Source: a virus
Taxonomy: Duplodnaviria; Caudoviricetes
DNA length: 54,903 nucleotides
Virus record (IMG/VR): IMGVR_UViG_3300005611_000036
Coordinates: 1-54,903 of that record
Direction: 5' to 3' (one strand)
Below the pieces are notes generated by a model. That model was given only the letters and a program-made list of their open reading frames with translations, searched no databases and was not told where the DNA came from. How positions within the stretch are numbered: the stretch's first letter is position 1; each line of letters opens with the position of its first letter. The position numbers were made by a program, and so were the translations under genes. Of this stretch, positions 38,461-47,214 are shown in pieces.

Positions 38461-39591
38461 ATGTCACTATTCACAATATCACAAGAACGTTATTATAATA
38501 ACAGTACAAACTTCACGGGTGATGGCTCTACGCTTGCGTTTACACTAACCTTAGCAATGTTTGACCCACTACCAACAGCATTGGGTGATTTGCAAATATT
38601 TGTTGATGGTAAAGAAATTAGCCAAGGTAATTATAGTTATTCTTCACCTACAATTACATTTTCAGGAAACACAAACAATACAGATGTATTAGAATCTGAT
38701 GGTGCGCCAAAAAACGGGCTAGTTATTACAGTTGTTCAGGTTAATGCAATTGAAGAATTAGGTGGCTACCAGCATATTACTTTAGCCGATATTGTAAATA
38801 ACTTTATGATTTCATATGTTGGTGAAGAAAAAATTATACCAAAAGTAAAGCGTAGCAATGTACTTTTCTTTGCACAAAGAGCAATACAAGAGCTTAGCTA
38901 TGATACTTTAAAAAGTGAAAAGTCGCAAGAAATAGAAGTGCCAGACAATCTTCAAATGAAATTACCTCATGATTATGTTAATTATGTGAAGTTAGCATGG
39001 GTAGACGCAGCCGGGATAGAGCACAGAATAATGCCAATTCGCGTTTCAAGCAACCCTACCGCGCTTTTACAAGATGATAGCTATAATTACTTATTTGATA
39101 ATAATGGCAAGTTATTAACTGCTAATGAGTCTGAAACAAATAAAAGATTTAGAGCATTAAATACCACTGTAGATTTAAGCAATAGCTATTATAGAAAAGA
39201 CGAAGACGGATTTGAAGATTTAAAAGGCGGCAGGTACGGTTTAGACCCCGAGCTTATGAATGCTAATGGCTCATTTTTTATAGATGAGTTAAAAGGTAAA
39301 ATATTCTTTTCAGGTCATTTATCTGGAAAAATTGTTACATTAAAATACATCAGCGACGGTGTTGCAACGGCTGAAGAAAAAGTTGTGCATAAGTTTGCTG
39401 AAGAAGCAATGTATAAGTGTATAGCACATGCGATATTAGCAACCCGCGCGAATACGCCAGAATACATTGTGAACAGATTTAAGAAAGAAAAGTTTGCAGC
39501 GGTAAGACAAGCAAAACTTCGTTTATCTAATTACAAACCAGAAGAGTTTGCTCAAACGCTTCGTGGCCAATCTAAATGGATTAAACACTAA
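38461..39591 (+). CDS. Tail ring/structural protein
   Basis: LPHDYVNYVKL, LKYISDG; position. Confidence 0.6.
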   Translation: MSLFTISQERYYNNSTNFTGDGSTLAFTLTLAMFDPLPTALGDLQIFVDGKEISQGNYSYSSPTITFSGNTNNTDVLESDGAPKNGLVITVVQVNAIEELGGYQHITLADIVNNFMISYVGEEKIIPKVKRSNVLFFAQRAIQELSYDTLKSEKSQEIEVPDNLQMKLPHDYVNYVKLAWVDAAGIEHRIMPIRVSSNPTALLQDDSYNYLFDNNGKLLTANESETNKRFRALNTTVDLSNSYYRKDEDGFEDLKGGRYGLDPELMNANGSFFIDELKGKIFFSGHLSGKIVTLKYISDGVATAEEKVVHKFAEEAMYKCIAHAILATRANTPEYIVNRFKKEKFAAVRQAKLRLSNYKPEEFAQTLRGQSKWIKH

Positions 39592-39594
39592 AAT

Positions 39595-42500
39595 ATGCCA
39601 GAATTAAAAAACCTATTCATCAAAGGTAAAATGAATAAAGACCTTGATGAAAGATTAGTTCCTCAAGGTGAATATAGAGATGCTTTGAATGTTAGCGTAT
39701 CTTACTCAGAAGGCTCTGACGTAGGTGCGCTGCAAAATATTTTAGGTAATACAGAAAGATCTAAAAATCGTACGAATATAAATGTACCTATAGACCCAGA
39801 TACGCCGTCTACATTTGCAACACTTACTTTCCCCTCTGGCGCAAGTTGTATAGGCACTGTGCGCGACACTGAAAATGACAAAATATATTGGTTTGGCACA
39901 TCGCCAACCGCAGATTATATTGCCGAGCTAGACCCTTCTGACAATAGTGTGGACATTATTTTATGTGACGCTGGAATAGCTGCTGGTAAAAAATATACTT
40001 TTAATAGTGATACGACTGTTAGCAATATCCCGCTAGGCAATTTTAAACTAAATAACGCAGACCCTTCTTTAGCCACGCAGCTTGGTATTTCTTTAACTAC
40101 AATAGATGGCGAATATCTTGGCAGTTATTACGACGGAGCTACTTCTATTGTTACAAGTTTTGGTACATTTACGGGCTCAATAAGTACTATTGGCGGTACG
40201 CCTTTAAGAATAGTATTTAATATCACAGGGTTTACAGCGGACGGCGCTGCGCCAAGCAATGGAGATGCAATATATATTGATCCAGTTTTGGGAAGCGTAT
40301 TAAATTTTAATACTTCAAATCTTATTACAGGTGTTGCAGTGCTTGATGGCGTTTTATATTTTACAGATGATTTAAACGAGCCAAGGCAAGTTGATATTGA
40401 GGAATGGCGCAGTGTAACTGCAAATGATTTTACAACAAGCACAAATCTTTCAGATGATAGAATATCATTATACAAGAAAGGCCCGTTAAGCGCGCCTACA
40501 TTTCATACATTATCTGCCTCTACAAGAGGGGGTGTTGGAACAGCTGGCAATTTAACAGAAATTGAAACTACTGTAATACCAAACCTTAGTACAACAGATA
40601 TTGATACATCAATAAGTATAACCTTTAGCGTTGCGCCAAATTATTTGGTAGATGATATAATTATATTAAAAAGAAATATTACTGTTGGACAATCTACAGA
40701 ATCAAGTTCAGCTCGGGTAAAAATTACAGCAAAGCCTTCATCAACTCAATTTACATGCACTCTTTTAGCAAAAACAGATAATGTTGAAAATGACGTCAAT
40801 GTAGCTTATATCCCTCTTTTAGAAGAAGATGAACCTTTATTTGAATTAAAGTTTCCAAGATTTTCATATAGATACAAATATACAAACGGGCAGTATTCTA
40901 CTTTTGCTCCTTTTTCTGTGCCTGCGTTTTTGCCCGGGGATTTTGAATATGATGCTAAAAAAGCATATAATTTAGGCATGGAAAACACAGCTCGTTCTTT
41001 AAAATTAGAAGGCTGGATTACAATTCCTAACAACACAACATGTGAAGCCGATATTGAAGAAATAGATATATTGTATAAAGATTCTGTAAGTCCAAATGTT
41101 TATATAGTTGAATCTATTAAAAAAATAAACGGCAGTTTTGCATCACCTTTTGAAATAAAAGATGAGCAAATATTTAAAGCAACACAGTCTAATCAATTAC
41201 TTAGACCATTTGATAGTATACCCAGGAAAGCAAAAGCGCTGGAAATAACAGGTAATAGGCTTATATTTGGGAATTATTTACAAAATTTTAATTATACGGA
41301 TACGCCAAGCTTTACTATAGATACTGCCCCTAGAACTGACGGCATAGAAATTGCGCAAAAATTAGGATTAAAAACACGTAGAACATATCAGTTTGGTATT
41401 GGATTTCAAGATAAATACGGAAGGCAAACGCCTGTATTTACTGATACGTCGGGTGTAAAAAAGCTAACACAAGAAAACGCTGATTTTAATTTACAATTTA
41501 AAGTAGCTACATCTACAACCCCACCTTCGGAAGCAACGCATTATAAGTATTATATAAAAGAAACTTCAAATGAATATTATAATCTTGTTATTAGTAATAT
41601 TTATGATGATGAAGAAGGATTTTTATATTTATCAGTGCCATCTGCTGAAACAAATAAAGTACAAACAGATGATATTATTATTTTAAAGAAAGAGGCTGGA
41701 GATGTTTCTTATAAAGGCGTAGAAAAAAAATTTAAAGTTATTGATAAACTAAATAATCCGCCGGATTTTTTAGCCAATGTTAAAAAAGCAACTTATTCAG
41801 CAAGCGTTTTTATTTTTGAAAGAGAATTTTTTGACGATCAAACGCTGTATTTTAAACAACCTGGTAAAACCCCTGTTAAAGGATATAATACTATATTAAT
41901 TCAAGACGCAGGAGCCCCGGGAGAAACTGATGTTAATATTGGTATTACAGATAATTTTAAAGCTGAAATGACAGTAGGCACTGAAATTAGATTTAGAAGA
42001 GCGGGAACAGGACAAAAAAGTAATATATATACAATTAAAAGTATACAATACGGTGGCGGAACGGGCAACAATAATGGCGGTGAATTTACTTTTGAAGAAG
42101 AATTTGGAGATGATGTAGAAGTTTTATATGGCTCAAATTTATTTAATGACGCTATTACACGTAGTGAAATATTTATGGAAAAAGTAGAGGCTACTGACGA
42201 TTCTGGAAACCCAGAATATGAAGGTAAGTTTTTTATAAAATTAAATAATAGTACTGAATTAAAAAATGCTTTAATAACAGATTTTGATGAATCTTTATTA
42301 AATACAGTTGCCGCTAAAAATATAGGCTATGTGGCTAGAACAACTGATGATGATAATAGACAATATGTATTATATAAATCCAGCTATAGTTATAGCGGGG
42401 GTGCTTTACCTGGGGACGTTTTAAACGGCGTAACTTATCAAGCTGGTTTTCATATTATATTACAAACCGAACGTGACTGGGATAATGCTAATTCTTTTTA

Positions 42501-44499
42501 TGATTCAGATCCATTGACGCAGGGTTTTGTTGAAGGCAATTACATTAGAATATCCGGGGGTGACCAACAAATTGAAACAGGTGCAGAATTAGCAGGAGAA
42601 AATGCATTATATGAAACATTTGCTACCACGTCTGGTACTACTACAAATAGTAAAAATGTTACGGTGGTTAGCGCTACAGGTATTGAAGTAAATGACTACG
42701 TTACGGGGAGTGGCGGATTTACCCAGTCTGGATTTGTACAAGTTACGGCAATTAATGGCAATATTATAACGCTTTCTTCAGCGCAATCCATTGTTACTGG
42801 AACAACCTTGAGGTTCAGAAAAAACATAGACGATCATCCAAATTATAAAATAGAAGAAGCTTTGCTTATTCCAGGCACAGGTACTTTAGGTTATTGGCTT
42901 TTAAAATTTGATAGAGCTTTTGAAGTTACATTACCATATAGAGGAGGCGGTGACAGCTCAGGCCCAACTGCTCCTAATTATTCATATGGGTTTGTTTTAG
43001 AAACTAGAAGTTTTGACGCAAGCCAATCAAGAGATTCAGTTAATCCACCAATATTTGAAGTTGAACCAAAAGAAGGTGTGCTTGACATATATTATGAAAC
43101 AGAAAAAACATATCCAATTGCGCAACTATCTACAGCGCAAGAAATACCCTGGGCTAATTGCATTAGTTTTGGTAACGGTGTAGAATCAGATCGGATTAGA
43201 GATGATTTTAATGCGCCAACAATTGGTAAAGGCGTTAGAGTATCAACTGTATTTGAAGATAATTACAAAGAAGAACGTGTAAAATCTGGATTAATATTTT
43301 CTGGTATATATAACGGCAAAAACGGTATTAATAGGTTAAACCAATTTATTATAGCTGAAAATATTACAGAAGAAGCAAATCCAATATATGGCAGCATTCA
43401 AAAACTAAATACTAGAGATACTGATCTTACGCTTTTTTGTGATGATAAAATATTAAAAGTGCCGGCTAGAAAAGATTTATTGTTTCAAGCAGATGGTAAT
43501 CCTCAGGTTACCTCCACAGACAGGTTCTTAGGCACTATTATACCTTATCAAGGTAATTATGGATGTCAACACCCTGAAAGCTTTGCGGATTATACATATA
43601 AATCTTATTTTGTTGATAAATCAAGAGGCAAAGTATTAAGGTTGTCTTTAGACGGTTTAACAGAAATATCTAACTATGGTATGAAAGATTATTTTAAAGA
43701 TAAACTTTCTTCAAGCTATAATAGAATTGTGGGATCTTATGATGAAAATAAAGATCAATACAATGTAAGTTTTGTAACAGATTTTATAGTTACGTCTGAT
43801 ACTATTTCGTTCTCTGAAAGTGTTAATGGCTGGCCTAGTAGAAAATCATTTATTCCTGAAGCAGGCATAAGCCTTAATAACATGTACTACACGTTTAAAG
43901 ATGGTAAGATATTTTCGCATGACAACGAAACTAGAAATACTTTTTATAGCTATACTACCAATTCGCAGGTAACATCGTTTTTAAATGGCAACCCTGGTAA
44001 TATTAAAAACTTCAGGACATTAAACTACCAAGGCGATAGCGGCTGGGACGCATCAGCGGCGGGTGTTACAACAAATACAGATAGCGGCGCAGTATTATCT
44101 TTTGTAGAAAAAGAAGGTAAATTCTATAATTATATTCAAGGACTTAATAATGCTACAAAATCAAGTTTAGATTTAAAAGCATTAAATGTACAAGGCTTAG
44201 GAACACCTATAAATATATCAGGTAATGATGTGACTTTTTCTGAATTGAATAATGCATTGCAAGTTGGTGATGTGGTATACAATAATTCAAATGATACTGG
44301 AAGAACTGTTACTAGTATTTCAGGTAACACTATAACTTTAGATGGTGCGCCAACAAATGCATTTAATTTCTTTGCAAAAAATAATAAGTTTAATACATCA
44401 GGTGTATTAGGGTATTTTTTACAAGTTAGGCTATCTAACAACAGCACTGATAAAAAAGAGCTTTACTCCGTTGGAAGTGAGGTATCGTTAAGTAGCTAA
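39595..44499 (+). CDS. Large tail stabilisation/nozzle (muzzle-like) protein
   Basis: MNKDLDERLVPQGEYRDALN N-terminus, FSYRYKY, GNRLIFGNY, FGNGVESDRIRDDFN, HPESFA. Confidence 0.7.
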   Translation: MPELKNLFIKGKMNKDLDERLVPQGEYRDALNVSVSYSEGSDVGALQNILGNTERSKNRTNINVPIDPDTPSTFATLTFPSGASCIGTVRDTENDKIYWFGTSPTADYIAELDPSDNSVDIILCDAGIAAGKKYTFNSDTTVSNIPLGNFKLNNADPSLATQLGISLTTIDGEYLGSYYDGATSIVTSFGTFTGSISTIGGTPLRIVFNITGFTADGAAPSNGDAIYIDPVLGSVLNFNTSNLITGVAVLDGVLYFTDDLNEPRQVDIEEWRSVTANDFTTSTNLSDDRISLYKKGPLSAPTFHTLSASTRGGVGTAGNLTEIETTVIPNLSTTDIDTSISITFSVAPNYLVDDIIILKRNITVGQSTESSSARVKITAKPSSTQFTCTLLAKTDNVENDVNVAYIPLLEEDEPLFELKFPRFSYRYKYTNGQYSTFAPFSVPAFLPGDFEYDAKKAYNLGMENTARSLKLEGWITIPNNTTCEADIEEIDILYKDSVSPNVYIVESIKKINGSFASPFEIKDEQIFKATQSNQLLRPFDSIPRKAKALEITGNRLIFGNYLQNFNYTDTPSFTIDTAPRTDGIEIAQKLGLKTRRTYQFGIGFQDKYGRQTPVFTDTSGVKKLTQENADFNLQFKVATSTTPPSEATHYKYYIKETSNEYYNLVISNIYDDEEGFLYLSVPSAETNKVQTDDIIILKKEAGDVSYKGVEKKFKVIDKLNNPPDFLANVKKATYSASVFIFEREFFDDQTLYFKQPGKTPVKGYNTILIQDAGAPGETDVNIGITDNFKAEMTVGTEIRFRRAGTGQKSNIYTIKSIQYGGGTGNNNGGEFTFEEEFGDDVEVLYGSNLFNDAITRSEIFMEKVEATDDSGNPEYEGKFFIKLNNSTELKNALITDFDESLLNTVAAKNIGYVARTTDDDNRQYVLYKSSYSYSGGALPGDVLNGVTYQAGFHIILQTERDWDNANSFYDSDPLTQGFVEGNYIRISGGDQQIETGAELAGENALYETFATTSGTTTNSKNVTVVSATGIEVNDYVTGSGGFTQSGFVQVTAINGNIITLSSAQSIVTGTTLRFRKNIDDHPNYKIEEALLIPGTGTLGYWLLKFDRAFEVTLPYRGGGDSSGPTAPNYSYGFVLETRSFDASQSRDSVNPPIFEVEPKEGVLDIYYETEKTYPIAQLSTAQEIPWANCISFGNGVESDRIRDDFNAPTIGKGVRVSTVFEDNYKEERVKSGLIFSGIYNGKNGINRLNQFIIAENITEEANPIYGSIQKLNTRDTDLTLFCDDKILKVPARKDLLFQADGNPQVTSTDRFLGTIIPYQGNYGCQHPESFADYTYKSYFVDKSRGKVLRLSLDGLTEISNYGMKDYFKDKLSSSYNRIVGSYDENKDQYNVSFVTDFIVTSDTISFSESVNGWPSRKSFIPEAGISLNNMYYTFKDGKIFSHDNETRNTFYSYTTNSQVTSFLNGNPGNIKNFRTLNYQGDSGWDASAAGVTTNTDSGAVLSFVEKEGKFYNYIQGLNNATKSSLDLKALNVQGLGTPINISGNDVTFSELNNALQVGDVVYNNSNDTGRTVTSISGNTITLDGAPTNAFNFFAKNNKFNTSGVLGYFLQVRLSNNSTDKKELYSVGSEVSLSS

Positions 44500-44521
44500 T
44501 TAATACGTAATTAAAATATTG

Positions 44522-44536
44522 CGTAATAATATTTGT
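44522..44536 (+). promoter_or_regulatory. Class-II promoter candidate, CGTAAT-N9-ATG
   Basis: 9 nt before ATG 44537; a second CGTAAT at 44506. Confidence 0.55.
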
Positions 44537-45112
44537 ATGCCTAATAATGAAATTAAATCTAATAATAATAAACTAAGTAATTACACCCGCAAGCTTGAAG
44601 ATTTGCAAAACGCACTAATAGCTAATAATCATATTGATGGAATATATGGCGATGGAAAAAACTTAGTTAATAACGAAATATTTAGAATAGAAAATGACTT
44701 TGCCGATCAGCTTTATATGCGGCGAATGTATATGCCAAAAGATTGTTTAGTTGTAAGCGCAATGCACCATACTGAGCATTTTTGGTTTTTATTAAAAGGT
44801 AAAATATTAGTTACAACGGACGGCGAAGAAGTAGAGCACGTGGCACCTTGTTTTGAAAAATCTATAAAAGGCGCAAAAAGATTAATATTGTCTTTAGAGG
44901 ATTCCGTATTTATTAATGTACATAAAAATCCAACAAATACTAAAGACATGAAAAAAGTTGAAGAACTATTATATTCTATAACTTTAGAGGAATATTTAAA
45001 AAAAGAAAATAAAATAAATAAAAAATCACATGGCAGGAATAGCAACAGCCGCAATAATTGGCGCGGGTATATCAGCAGCTGGTGGAATAGCTGGTGGTCT
45101 TATTGGTGGTAG
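44537..45112 (+). CDS. Cupin-like phage protein
   Basis: FADQLYMRRMYMPKDCLVVSAMHHTEHFWFLLKG..AP..GAKR..FINVH; ATG 44537 preferred over TTG 44519. Confidence 0.65.
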   Translation: MPNNEIKSNNNKLSNYTRKLEDLQNALIANNHIDGIYGDGKNLVNNEIFRIENDFADQLYMRRMYMPKDCLVVSAMHHTEHFWFLLKGKILVTTDGEEVEHVAPCFEKSIKGAKRLILSLEDSVFINVHKNPTNTKDMKKVEELLYSITLEEYLKKENKINKKSHGRNSNSRNNWRGYISSWWNSWWSYWW

Positions 45113-45641
45113 AAGAAGAAAAAGAGAGCAGGAAGCGGCAGAACGTGAGTTTAATGCAATGAAAAGTCGTTATCAGGCAATAGATACTTCAAACCCTTAT
45201 GCAAACGTAACAAACACATTTGAAGATCTTACGGTAAATACGCAAGCAGCAGAATTTGCACAACAACAAGCGGAGCAAGGCAGGGCTGATATTTTAGGCA
45301 ATTTAGCGGCTTCGGCAGGCGGCGGCGGGATTGCAGCATTAGCGCAAAGCTTGGCTAACCAACAAACACAAGCAGCGCAAGCAGCAGCGGCAAGTATAGG
45401 ACAGCAAGAGCAGCGTAATCAAATGCTAGCAGCGCAGGGCGAAGCAAGTGTACAACAAATGCGCGCTATGGGAGAAAGGCAATCACAGGAATTAGAAATG
45501 CGAAAAACAGGTGACCTCCTGCAGTTAGCAGCAGGAAGAAAAGCCGCAGCTGATCAGGCTAGGCAACAGGCATTGCAAACAGCGATTGGGGGCGTTACTG
45601 GGGCCGGTCAGATTTTAGCTATGGGCGCTGAGGGGGAGTAA
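45030..45641 (+). CDS. Putative ejection/pilot protein (possibly frameshifted near the C-terminus)
   Basis: G/A-rich hydrophobic N-terminus; Q/A-rich coiled coil. Confidence 0.65.
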   Translation: MAGIATAAIIGAGISAAGGIAGGLIGGRRRKREQEAAEREFNAMKSRYQAIDTSNPYANVTNTFEDLTVNTQAAEFAQQQAEQGRADILGNLAASAGGGGIAALAQSLANQQTQAAQAAAASIGQQEQRNQMLAAQGEASVQQMRAMGERQSQELEMRKTGDLLQLAAGRKAAADQARQQALQTAIGGVTGAGQILAMGAEGE

Positions 45642-45798
45642 AGGCGCCGCCATCGGGTAAGACCAACTTAGCAGAAACATTTAAAGTAACAAAAGACTTG
45701 TCGCGTATAAATGAATATAAAAATATAGATAACATTATTACAGCGGGGCAAATGTCACAGTACAATCAAACAAGAGGTAATATTAAAACAATAATATA

Positions 45799-47208
45799 AT
45801 GGCTGACTTTTTTAAAATAGGACAAGCCGCATACGGAGGAGGTGCAGCAGCTAGCAAAGCTATTGGCGAAGGCCTGCAAAAAAGCCAACAAATATTTATG
45901 GATTATTTAAGCGGGCAAAAAGCTAAGCGCGAAAAAGCTGATAATATTACAAAACAATATTTAGCTCAAATTCCAAATGTGAATGCTATTACTAAAATTC
46001 CAGAATGGATGCGGGCTGATGTAAATAATTATTTAGTTTCTGAAAAACAAAAATATGCAGAAGTTTCTAAGAGGTTAGGCAGTATGTCTTCCTCAGATCC
46101 TACCTATATGGACGCTATAAATGAGCTTCAAGATATTAAAAATAACTTTGCATATTTAAACGATCAACTAAACCAATTCCAAGAAGACTCAAAGCAATAC
46201 GCTTTAGCTGCTGATAATGATAAAATTTCCGAAGGCTTTAAATTAGGTCAGGCAGATAAGTTTAATAGAACTGCTGCTATGTATACTGGTAACGCTAAGC
46301 TTAATATTCAAAATGGTAATTTATTTTTTAATGTAGACGGGAAAGATTACAATTATTCAAGGGGTGAAATTGGGGATTATTCTCCTAAAAATTTTGATGC
46401 ACAAGTTGAGCTTGTTAATTTAGAAGAACAAATTGGAAATGACGCTTTACGCGGACGTACATTTGACTCCGTTAAATCAAAATATAAAGGCAAAATTACC
46501 ACCTTTTTAAAGAAAAATGGCAAAGAAGGCGCGTTATCCATGGTTTTTGATACCGACCCTGAATTTATTACAGGCGGTCCTAGCTTACAAACGCCTGAAA
46601 TTTTAACAGCAATTGCTGAAGATAATTTTGAAGGAAAAACTGATGAGAATGGAAACCAAATTCCTGGAGTATATGATTTAATTGAAGACCAAATTATGAC
46701 TGGAGCTAGTACCGTGCACGCTTCTATATATAAACCTCCATCTCCGCCCCCACCTACTGAAAATCAATTTGGTCAAGGTTTAAGAGATGATTTATTAACA
46801 TCAAATTATTTATTTTTAGAAGCAAAACAATTTGGGAAAGAAGAATCAAAAAATGTAAAACCCGAACAAAGAGAGCAAAAAAGTAAACAGCTAGTGAGAA
46901 GATTAAAGCAAGTAATGCCTTTAGAAAATAGAGATAAATTAGCCACAAGAGGTGAAATGTATAATTTATTTTTAGAAAATAAAAAATCAGAAAATAAAAA
47001 TATAAAAGATAATAAAGAATTAAGAGATGAATTTACGCGTTTATATGGTGATTCTCAATTATATTATGATTCTGAGGCTATTGAAAAAAATACAGATAAT
47101 GAATTTGATTTAAGTGATTTATATTTAGATTTAGCTGATTTATCTACAGATGCCAGGAATTATTTCAAAACGCAATTAAGAACAAAGCCGGCCTTGCCAA
47201 CTAAATAA
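45799..47208 (+). CDS. Putative internal virion/ejection protein
   Basis: Helical 469 aa between the pilot and the giant ORF. Confidence 0.55.
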   Translation: MADFFKIGQAAYGGGAAASKAIGEGLQKSQQIFMDYLSGQKAKREKADNITKQYLAQIPNVNAITKIPEWMRADVNNYLVSEKQKYAEVSKRLGSMSSSDPTYMDAINELQDIKNNFAYLNDQLNQFQEDSKQYALAADNDKISEGFKLGQADKFNRTAAMYTGNAKLNIQNGNLFFNVDGKDYNYSRGEIGDYSPKNFDAQVELVNLEEQIGNDALRGRTFDSVKSKYKGKITTFLKKNGKEGALSMVFDTDPEFITGGPSLQTPEILTAIAEDNFEGKTDENGNQIPGVYDLIEDQIMTGASTVHASIYKPPSPPPPTENQFGQGLRDDLLTSNYLFLEAKQFGKEESKNVKPEQREQKSKQLVRRLKQVMPLENRDKLATRGEMYNLFLENKKSENKNIKDNKELRDEFTRLYGDSQLYYDSEAIEKNTDNEFDLSDLYLDLADLSTDARNYFKTQLRTKPALPTK

Positions 47209-47214
47209 TGCAAT

